From a virus: a stretch of 25,527 nucleotides of DNA. The position numbers were made by a program, and so were the translations under genes. The notes beneath the pieces were generated by a model, which saw only the letters and a program-made list of their open reading frames with translations, ran no database searches and was not told the origin of the DNA. The stretch lies in IMG/VR virus record IMGVR_UViG_3300010357_000632, one strand, 5' to 3'. Numbering within the stretch: the first letter of the stretch is position 1; every line of letters starts with the position of its first letter. Of this stretch, positions 1-7,095 are shown one piece after another.

Positions 1-1
1 C

Positions 2-424
2 GGAGTCCTGCAGCTGGCCGCATTTGGGGCACCGCCATGAGGTCTTTGCACCGCATACCGGACAATGGGTGGCCGGACCCGTCGACCGGAATACAGCGTC
101 ACATGCCTTGCAGTGGACTTGCGACCCTTCCCAGACGGTGGTCTCCTTGTAGATGACCGGTTCCTCGCCTTCTGCCAGAGGTATGATTATGGCAAGAGAC
201 TGAGTAGGGATGCCGTACTCTCCACAGCTCTTCATCTTCTGAGCCAGACCAGGAGTCACCGGCAGCCACCCGACTTTAGCCAGGCCGTCGGGTGTCTTGG
301 GTCCCCAGGGTGATATCTGGCCGGTGAGGAGGTCAAACTCCTGTTCCTGTCGGCCATCCCGGTACTCTCGCCACCAGAAAAAAGAGAGGGCAGCCTTCCA
401 GCAGTTGGGAGCTATCTCGGGCAC
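2..424 (-). CDS. Multi zinc-ribbon protein, 3'-partial (not in the ORF track)
   Basis: Translated by hand. GTG at 424 directly follows the upstream TGA, with GGAG upstream. The frame is open to the window edge: MPEIAPNCWKAALSFFWWREYRDG...HCKACDAVF...HCPVCGAKTSWRCPKCGQLQDS, with three CxxC pairs. Confidence 0.75.
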   Translation of the reverse strand, partial: MPEIAPNCWKAALSFFWWREYRDGRQEQEFDLLTGQISPWGPKTPDGLAKVGWLPVTPGLAQKMKSCGEYGIPTQSLAIIIPLAEGEEPVIYKETTVWEGSQVHCKACDAVFRSTGPATHCPVCGAKTSWRCPKCGQLQDS

Positions 425-1027
425 TCAAATCTCCTGCCACCGGATGAAGTTCGCCAGCTCCGCCTTCTCTCCAAAGCTGGAATCGTCTTCCAACACAAGC
501 TGATGGACTACCAGTTTGGTCACTTTCAGGGGGCTCGCGGGAGTGTAGACGGTGGTATCGAACACAAGCGGGCTGGTGGTTGTGTAGTTGTCTGCATCGG
601 CGCATGGTGCGGTCTCGCCCTTGTAGTATGTGTGGCCGTTCACGGGATCTTTGATGTCATACCCGTAGCTGCCGGACACTCCGGTTGGTGCTTCATAGCT
701 TGCGACCGGACACCCGTGATCTCCGGTATCCTTCAGGGCGACCTGAACCTTGCCGCTTCCCAGGTCCCACACAGCTGGATCTTTGATGTTCCCGGGTGTC
801 CCCCATCGCCAGTTGGTGAGCTGGCTGTAAGTTCCGCCGGTGATCTCTGCTCCTGTGTACATCCAACAAGACCGATAAGTCTCGCCGGATGGGGGGATGT
901 TGTTGGGAAAGCTCAGGCCAGGGTCTCTCTGGCTGGGTATCGCTGTATTGTACCTCTGAACAGTCAGCGGCGTCTTAACGCCGGGTGCGGGTCCATAGTA
1001 ACCTACAATCTGCACAGTTGCTGCCAT
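425..1027 (-). CDS. Putative virion structural protein (200 aa)
   Basis: In operon directly after the neck gene; G/T/P-rich, beta-type composition; no family recognised. Confidence 0.65.
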   Translation of the reverse strand: MAATVQIVGYYGPAPGVKTPLTVQRYNTAIPSQRDPGLSFPNNIPPSGETYRSCWMYTGAEITGGTYSQLTNWRWGTPGNIKDPAVWDLGSGKVQVALKDTGDHGCPVASYEAPTGVSGSYGYDIKDPVNGHTYYKGETAPCADADNYTTTSPLVFDTTVYTPASPLKVTKLVVHQLVLEDDSSFGEKAELANFIRWQEI

Positions 1028-1029
1028 AA

Positions 1030-1404
1030 TTACCTCTCAAATTCTTCTATAATCTTGTCTGCTATCGCTTCTTCAAGTTCGTCTAAAAACTGCTCACCAG
1101 GACCGTCAGCCACCGGCCCGAATACGGGTCTTGGTGGGATTGTCTTGGTGCCGTGTTCATTCCAATAAACGTACTCAGCAATTTTAGGATCGAAAACCCC
1201 GATCTCAACGCTTTCGGTGTCAGTGTGGACCTCGATGCTTTCCCGATAGGCCCACGTATCCCTGAGAGTCAGGTCGTGACCCTTCTTCATGATGGTATAA
1301 GGCGCATTGGGCGGCGGCACACCAGAATCTATCCGATCCTCGATGGCCTTCTTGTACTTCTGGCCCGCAGCATTGAGTTCTTCAGTGAAATCCAAGGTTA
1401 CCAC
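1030..1404 (-). CDS. Neck / tail-completion (virion morphogenesis, HK97 gp10-like) protein
   Basis: Motifs PPNAPYTIMKKG..LTLRDT and YVYWNEHGTKTIPPRPVFGP are typical of this family. Confidence 0.75.
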   Translation of the reverse strand: MVTLDFTEELNAAGQKYKKAIEDRIDSGVPPPNAPYTIMKKGHDLTLRDTWAYRESIEVHTDTESVEIGVFDPKIAEYVYWNEHGTKTIPPRPVFGPVADGPGEQFLDELEEAIADKIIEEFER

Positions 1405-2453
1405 AGCCCAATGATCTGGGGTGCACTCGTTCTCTGCTTCGACAGGTTCTTGAGCAGCCTAGCAGGTACGATCAGCCTGCTGGATGGGACATGGCTGGCA
1501 GCATCCAAATAACCGGAGATTGGATGGTAATGCCAGTCATAGCAGTACCGATCATAGTACAGATCGCTAAACGCATTCGGTCCATTGTAAGTCGAGCTGT
1601 TCCCGGATAGGGATTGCTCGTGTGTGTCCGATCCTGTTAATGATGGATCTGAGTTGCCTGCCTTCAGGTTTCCGCCCGCCCAACCGGTCAGGATCTCCCA
1701 GTTGGCGCTTACCGCGCCATCAACGAACACCACGCTACCGGCCACTGCCTTAGAAGTGTTCTGTAAGGCATGGTACAGCCTGGTGACCAGGTTCCTTGGC
1801 TCTACGTATTTGGCCTCGGAGGCAAAGCTGAAAGTGTGGCCGTGATGGAGAGCACGGTCGCCCACCTTCTTCGTAAACCAGCCATCTGAGAAGACCACTC
1901 CCTGGACGTCCCCCAGACTACCAGATACGGTATGAGATTGTGGTGTTGTGGTGCCTACCGTGCTCTCTGGTGTCGCATGGACTATGTATTTCCCATCTGC
2001 TGCGCTGTACCTCTCCAGGCTGGCGTCCGCCAGTGTCCCATTGGACATGATGATAGAGCCTTCTGGGAAGGACCGGACGCTGCTCTCCCAGGTAGCCAGG
2101 TCCATATAGATGATATCTAGGCCCCACCCGAGAGGATTGTTATTATTGGCATTCTCGATGCTGTATCCGGTTATGGGGTGATCGTTATGCACTCCCATGA
2201 TCGAATCATTGGTGGGGGTCTGTCTGGTGCCGTGCTCTCCACCATGAACTGAGTTTCCCACGTTGATACTTGCGGACGGGTGGGTATGAGTGGTCGCTCC
2301 TGTTTGGGTCCAGTGATTTCCTGGAGTTCCATTGAACCTGAGATACTGGTTAGTCCTCGTGAGCCTAGTCCAGGGGGAGGGCGGATCGGCGACCTTCCTC
2401 CAGAAGACGTATAAATTGGTCATGCTCAGGTGGCCTCGCAGAACAGCCTGCAT
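1398..2453 (-). CDS. Tail fibre / collar-like protein with His-containing needle modules
   Basis: Segments TGATTHTHPS, TPQSHTVSG, HHGHTFS, GSDTHEQS and WHYHPIS resemble HxH metal-binding fibre-tip hairpins. The exact start is uncertain. Confidence 0.55.
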   Translation of the reverse strand: MQAVLRGHLSMTNLYVFWRKVADPPSPWTRLTRTNQYLRFNGTPGNHWTQTGATTHTHPSASINVGNSVHGGEHGTRQTPTNDSIMGVHNDHPITGYSIENANNNNPLGWGLDIIYMDLATWESSVRSFPEGSIIMSNGTLADASLERYSAADGKYIVHATPESTVGTTTPQSHTVSGSLGDVQGVVFSDGWFTKKVGDRALHHGHTFSFASEAKYVEPRNLVTRLYHALQNTSKAVAGSVVFVDGAVSANWEILTGWAGGNLKAGNSDPSLTGSDTHEQSLSGNSSTYNGPNAFSDLYYDRYCYDWHYHPISGYLDAASHVPSSRLIVPARLLKNLSKQRTSAPQIIGLW

Positions 2454-3631
2454 ACGATCTGTTTGGCGGCGGTTATGCCGCTGACCTCGATTCTTAGAAC
2501 GTTGTGTTGACTAACTGATATGTTCAGTCCGGTTTTGGTCATATAGACGTTGCTGGATATGGCAAAACTGTCCACGGCGGACCCTTTGGCTGCACCAATG
2601 GCATGCTTATAAAGAGTGCAGGTGATCGAGCTTGACACGCGGCCAACTTCCCAGACATCGGCCCTGGTGATCTTGCAAGCGATGGGGGCTGCAAATTCAT
2701 GAACAGCGGCCTCAATAACATCCGATCCGTTCCCAAAAGGAAAGTCGATCTCAAAGTTCCTGGTAATCCACGAACCATCTCCCTTGAGGGCCTGGGCCGT
2801 GTTTGGATATTTCTGCATCAGGCCATGCTTTGTGGTGGAGGCGTTGAGGTCGGTGTTGTCATCGCCTGCCGCAAGATCATCGATCTTGATGGCGTCCGCT
2901 CCACCGGATGCATGCCGGGCAGCATGAGCTAGCTGAGCATACCGGGCATCTCCTCGGGCCTGGTTGTAATAGATTGAGTGATCGTCATCTGTTCTGCCCC
3001 CCAGGCTACCATGATCTATCTGGGCACCATCTCCACCTGAATGGTCGTGAGAATCGCCGTTGGTGACTCCTTTGGCGGCTGGTGCACATTCCGCCAGAAC
3101 ATCCCTCACCGCCTTCTCGGAGGCGGGCATGGCGTCCGTGCCTGGTGTCCCTATGGAGGTTGCCAGATCGCCCACCCCCCCAGCGAACATCCAGATGTAT
3201 TCGGATGTGATGGCTGTGCATTCTGCCGGTATCCAGATGGCTCCTATAATGGCTCCGGGTGGGATAGAAGAGGGGGGCAGAGGAGAGGTATAGCTCTTCC
3301 AGTCGCTCAGCCCCTTGGGGTCCTCGATCGTCGCTGGTGTGCCTTTAGCTATCTGGGCAGCCCCAGCTACATCTCTGTAAATTATATCAATCCTGGGTAA
3401 CGTAGCATGCGCGGCATCGTGGGTTACGGTATCCTCTACCACGTCGGATGGTGTTCCGGCTATCTTAATCCTACCGGCACCGATCGTCACCACCATATCT
3501 GCCGGGGTCGATGCGGTCAGCCGGTTGCCATTGACAACCCCGGTTTCCCGGCTGGCTCTCGACACGGCCTCGATGTGGCTAGTCAGGATTGTTTGGTTTA
3601 CTACTGGTGATAAAAAATCAGTGTCGGTCAA
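2426..3631 (-). CDS. Tail fibre-like protein (401 aa)
   Basis: N-terminal attachment-like domain (HATLPRIDII), fibre motifs HDHSGGDGAQIDH and HAARHASGGADAI, and a C-terminal beta domain. Confidence 0.6.
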   Translation of the reverse strand: MTDTDFLSPVVNQTILTSHIEAVSRASRETGVVNGNRLTASTPADMVVTIGAGRIKIAGTPSDVVEDTVTHDAAHATLPRIDIIYRDVAGAAQIAKGTPATIEDPKGLSDWKSYTSPLPPSSIPPGAIIGAIWIPAECTAITSEYIWMFAGGVGDLATSIGTPGTDAMPASEKAVRDVLAECAPAAKGVTNGDSHDHSGGDGAQIDHGSLGGRTDDDHSIYYNQARGDARYAQLAHAARHASGGADAIKIDDLAAGDDNTDLNASTTKHGLMQKYPNTAQALKGDGSWITRNFEIDFPFGNGSDVIEAAVHEFAAPIACKITRADVWEVGRVSSSITCTLYKHAIGAAKGSAVDSFAISSNVYMTKTGLNISVSQHNVLRIEVSGITAAKQIVCRLFCEAT

Positions 3632-3646
3632 GATTAACCACCCACA

Positions 3647-3877
3647 TTAAAATAATCCGAAAGCGGCAGCAGCCAAACCGACCAGGGTTACCACGACGGC
3701 AGACGCGATATACACAGACATCTTAAATCCTTCAAGGCATCCGATGCGCTTTTCGTGGTCACCTAGCTGGTTACAATGGGCGTCCAGCTTCTTCTCTATC
3801 CGTTCGTCTCGTTCGTCCATACGGTGTGTCCGCTCATCAACACGGGCCAACATAGTTTCTACCGTATCGGCTGGCAT
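3647..3877 (-). CDS. Small coiled-coil protein with C-terminal transmembrane helix (lysis-cassette type)
   Basis: LARVDERTHRMDERDERIEKKL...RIGCLE followed by hydrophobic VYIASAVVVTLVGLAAAAFGLF. Confidence 0.7.
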   Translation of the reverse strand: MPADTVETMLARVDERTHRMDERDERIEKKLDAHCNQLGDHEKRIGCLEGFKMSVYIASAVVVTLVGLAAAAFGLF

Positions 3878-3891
3878 TGTTATCGCCAGCG

Positions 3892-4104
3892 TCAGATTTT
3901 AGCCGGACTATTTGTGATTTTGCGCAGGAAAGCCATGATCAGGGCCGCGATCATGAGCACGTTGGCAGGATCCATATCAATCAGGCCGCCGATGAACCCG
4001 GCTGCACCGGGGTCGATGAACTCAGCCAGTCCGATGATGAACATTGCCAGGGCCACGATGTAGGTCTTAGATCCTGGTAGGATCTCTTCGAGCTTGTTTA
4101 ACAT
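3892..4104 (-). CDS. Putative holin-like membrane protein
   Basis: 70 aa, two hydrophobic segments, GSKTYI motif at the start of TM1, basic C-terminus; GGAGGT RBS. Confidence 0.6.
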   Translation of the reverse strand: MLNKLEEILPGSKTYIVALAMFIIGLAEFIDPGAAGFIGGLIDMDPANVLMIAALIMAFLRKITNSPAKI

Positions 4105-4106
4105 TT

Positions 4107-4472
4107 TCAGTTACCTCCGGGGAAGGTCTTGATACTGGCCTGGTCCTTGGACAGCCTCATGAATCCGGCAGTGTTGAGCGTTACTTTGGTGCTGTCACTC
4201 ATGCCCTTGATAGCATTTCCAAGGACAAACAGGTTCTTGTCCACCTCTTCGACTATCTCATCCAGGAACTTGACAATATCGTTGTCATCGTCCGGCAAGT
4301 ACCCGGCCTGGATGTCTGTGGACTGGAGCTTGTCAATCATGGTCTGAAGCTCAGCGATCTCTTCTCTGAGGTAGTCCATCATCCTGCTGTTCTTCTCTAC
4401 GAATGAGTTGTATCCACCGTCTATAACCATCGATGCCAGCTTAGCATCAGTATTGACTCTTTCGTCTGCCAT
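4107..4472 (-). CDS. Hypothetical coiled-coil protein
   Basis: Start moved to MADERV (4472), which has GGAGGAG upstream and follows the previous stop; heptad-like MMDYLREEIAELQTMIDKLQ. Confidence 0.7.
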   Translation of the reverse strand: MADERVNTDAKLASMVIDGGYNSFVEKNSRMMDYLREEIAELQTMIDKLQSTDIQAGYLPDDDNDIVKFLDEIVEEVDKNLFVLGNAIKGMSDSTKVTLNTAGFMRLSKDQASIKTFPGGN

Positions 4473-4474
4473 TT

Positions 4475-4753
4475 TTACACTCCTCCACATCTTAACGGTA
4501 TTTTCTTAGTTACGTTACCCGGCACGCCTTCCCCATTGTCAGCCAGGAAGGCATTGATACTGGGGGTCCATCCAGCACCACCAGCATCGGACACCACCCA
4601 TCCGGTGCCGTCCCCCGCGAATATTGCCTCGATCTCAGACATATTGAGGCCGCTGAGGTCCTTGACGGCAGGGCTGGTGTATTGTACGTAGTCTGCGGAT
4701 GCTACCCCCACAATCGCTATGAAGGCGATCATTGTAAGTAAAATTGCGTTCAT
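4475..4753 (-). CDS. Small secreted protein with signal peptide
   Basis: MNAILLTMIAFIAIVGVASA-D signal peptide; two N-x-S/T sequons; GGAG RBS. Confidence 0.7.
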   Translation of the reverse strand: MNAILLTMIAFIAIVGVASADYVQYTSPAVKDLSGLNMSEIEAIFAGDGTGWVVSDAGGAGWTPSINAFLADNGEGVPGNVTKKIPLRCGGV

Positions 4754-5091
4754 CGTGTGTCTCCTTGTGTCGGAAACTTTCCCAGGCTCCCGACTGCCTG
4801 ATCTTTCTCGCTGTTCCAGCCCAAGACCGCTATCTTCTGCTTACACATACGGTCCCAGACCGGCACTGGGTTGTAGCCGAAGCGTTTCTCCCATTGTTTC
4901 TCTGTCCACTGCTGACCGGCCCCATCGATATAAACGATAGTACCATCGGGATATCGCAGCTTGCCGTTGGGAATCCTCTTCAGCTCCTCCGGAGTCTTAC
5001 AGAAGCTTGCAAACTCCTCGTCGGTAAGCCCCTCCCCTGGCAGGCAGCAAGCCTCTTCCTTCTTTGGGGCCTTCTTAAATTGGTGTACCAT
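4750..5091 (-). CDS. Hypothetical protein (113 aa)
   Basis: GAGGT RBS; 4-bp overlap with the next gene; no family recognised. Confidence 0.7.
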   Translation of the reverse strand: MVHQFKKAPKKEEACCLPGEGLTDEEFASFCKTPEELKRIPNGKLRYPDGTIVYIDGAGQQWTEKQWEKRFGYNPVPVWDRMCKQKIAVLGWNSEKDQAVGSLGKFPTQGDTR

Positions 5092-5101
5092 AAAAATAAC
5101 C

Positions 5102-5731
5102 TCAGATGTAAATTATGACCGAATCGTCCCAGTCACTGCCATCGATCCAGGTTGTGTCGTTGATCGAATCGATGGTTTCCGTCTCATTGGTCGTCTGGTT
5201 CGGCGTCTGGTTGATGTCGATCACCGGAGTGTTCGCCCACTCCGTGCCGTTCCACATCTCGATTGGGATGTTCTCGAACTCCGTGGTCACGTGGAGGAAG
5301 AGCTTTCCTTCGCCCTTCAATCCGCCTATCGGAAATGGCCGGACACTGGAAGCGTATGGCCGGGTTGGATAGGATATGGCAGACATCTTTCCACTACCAG
5401 AGAGATCGATAATGGTGCCATTAGAATCAGCTTCGGCAACGATCTCCCCGGAGAACTTCTTCAATCTGATTGAATAGTCGCCAGACTGGAAGGAATAGCT
5501 CGCAGAGCCATTGGAAATGTTCAGGCCGCTTGACAGTCCGCTGGGGTAGATTTCGGCTCCGTAATCATACCGGCCCTGTGCGATCGTCCGGTCGGTGACC
5601 TTATCGCTATCGTGCCAGGCTTCCATGTAGCCTTCGCCTTGGAACGATTCTGAGAGGATGCATGCACCGACAGAAACGAGCGGCAGAAGGACGATGATGA
5701 GCCACCACACTTTGGTAGGATCTATTTTCAC
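5102..5731 (-). CDS. Secreted/membrane-anchored putative glycoprotein
   Basis: GTG start with GAGGT RBS; N-terminal hydrophobic segment WWLIIVLLPLVSVGA; eight N-x-S/T sequons. Confidence 0.75.
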   Translation of the reverse strand: MKIDPTKVWWLIIVLLPLVSVGACILSESFQGEGYMEAWHDSDKVTDRTIAQGRYDYGAEIYPSGLSSGLNISNGSASYSFQSGDYSIRLKKFSGEIVAEADSNGTIIDLSGSGKMSAISYPTRPYASSVRPFPIGGLKGEGKLFLHVTTEFENIPIEMWNGTEWANTPVIDINQTPNQTTNETETIDSINDTTWIDGSDWDDSVIIYI

Positions 5732-5761
5732 GAAATTACCTCATTTAGATTTTTTGGCCGT

Positions 5762-5825
5762 CCCCTAGGGGCAAACTTGGGCCGCGAAAGCAATACTTAG
5801 CGGCCCGAATGTGGGTTTATAAAAA
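5762..5825 (-). promoter_or_regulatory. Putative internal archaeal promoter with hairpin and palindrome
   Basis: TTTATAAA at 5816-5823, stem GGGCCGC (5779-5785) / GCGGCCC (5800-5806), and perfect palindrome CCCCTAGGGG (5762-5771), all in a 102-bp intergenic gap. Confidence 0.5.
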
Positions 5826-5833
5826 TGTCCGTA

Positions 5834-6424
5834 TTATGCACAATTATAAACCCTGAAAGGCTGGGTATTGTCCAGCTCCAGGTCTACCGCACTGTCTACA
5901 TTTTTTACGTAAATGTCAATCATCCGGTCGCCCTGGTGAGGATCTACAAACCGGATCTGATCGCCGATGTTTAGGGGCTCTTCGCTCCATATGTCATAAT
6001 TTGTTTGTTGCCACCCCGAACCGCTCCTGTCTCTCAGGATGCGCGTCTTGGGGAAGCATATGATCTCCATCGGCGCCAGCGTCTCGTTCTGTAGGCATTC
6101 CCCATCGACTGAGATCAACTCGACCGTGATCTTGCAGTCTAGGCCGGTTACTGTGATAGTGGGCCAGGAGGTGAGCTCTTCCTCGGCGGTCAGCCTGGTC
6201 GCCCTGGTGAAGGTCAGTTCCTCATCATTCACCTTCACGATTCCGGCTACATCCGTATGCCCTGCTATGGCCTGGGTTATGATAGCCGCCCGGAAGGGCA
6301 CCGTTGGAATGGACCCTGCCAGTACCACGGGAGGCACGCCGGAGAAAGCGACCCAGTTGCCAAGTTCAACCTTCCAGGCGTTGTTCACGCCCGTCTTGAA
6401 CTCGGCGAAGTACTCTCCGCTCAT
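5834..6424 (-). CDS. Putative head-closure / neck-associated structural protein
   Basis: Directly follows the adaptor. The C-terminal half (ICFPKTRILRDRSGSGWQQTNYDIWSEEPLNIGDQI) resembles small beta-barrel head-closure proteins. Confidence 0.5.
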   Translation of the reverse strand: MSGEYFAEFKTGVNNAWKVELGNWVAFSGVPPVVLAGSIPTVPFRAAIITQAIAGHTDVAGIVKVNDEELTFTRATRLTAEEELTSWPTITVTGLDCKITVELISVDGECLQNETLAPMEIICFPKTRILRDRSGSGWQQTNYDIWSEEPLNIGDQIRFVDPHQGDRMIDIYVKNVDSAVDLELDNTQPFRVYNCA

Positions 6425-7095
6425 ATATATCCAGTGATACTGTAGCTGCCGCCTACGTTGTCATGCTGACCCAGGCTGAATTTCCTCGCGCCCGATGCAG
6501 AGCTGCTCGCCCTCGGGGTGAGGCTGGGGCTCATGGCCTGTGCTCGGAGGGCCATAGCCTTCTTTCTCCAAGCCTCACTTTTTTGTGAGAGGGATACTGA
6601 AGAGTTCCCCATCGACTTGTCGACCAGGCCGGCGTACATGCCTGCGATGGTCTCAGCGCAGAAAGCGGCTGCCAGGAGAGGATTGCTGTGAGCTCTGGCC
6701 AGGTTGTAGGAGATCTCGGAGTCCGTGAGTAGAGCGAGACTGAGGTCCTTGCCCAGCTCCAGGCGAACCGCATCTATAGGCCTGCCCGTCGGGTTGTTGG
6801 TGTAGGCGGCTATGGAGAAATCAGTCTCCTGGACCTCCAGGACGTAAGGATCACCCGGAGTCTTTGAGGTCTCGTGAAACTCCACGTAGGCGATCACCAG
6901 ATAGACGCCAGCCTGTGATAGCTCCCCTTCCTGTGTGGTGTATTGCAGTGTTGTATCGCTGCTGGCTGTTGCCGCCCAGGTGGTCGTCGTGCCGTCTGGC
7001 CGGACCACATTGAAGCGGACCAGTGTGGCTCCCGACAACGAGATGCCGGTGTCGAGGGTGACCGACACCCCTACCTGATCCTTGAATATCGTCAT
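6421..7095 (-). CDS. Head-tail adaptor fused to an N-terminal BppU-like/Ig-like domain
   Basis: N-terminal ~90 aa (VVRPDGTTTTW...LQYTTQEGELSQAGVY) plus a C-terminal adaptor-like helical domain (YTNNP...IDAVRLELGKD...LLTDSEI...AAFCAETIA...KSMGNSSVS). Confidence 0.7.
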   Translation of the reverse strand: MTIFKDQVGVSVTLDTGISLSGATLVRFNVVRPDGTTTTWAATASSDTTLQYTTQEGELSQAGVYLVIAYVEFHETSKTPGDPYVLEVQETDFSIAAYTNNPTGRPIDAVRLELGKDLSLALLTDSEISYNLARAHSNPLLAAAFCAETIAGMYAGLVDKSMGNSSVSLSQKSEAWRKKAMALRAQAMSPSLTPRASSSASGARKFSLGQHDNVGGSYSITGYI

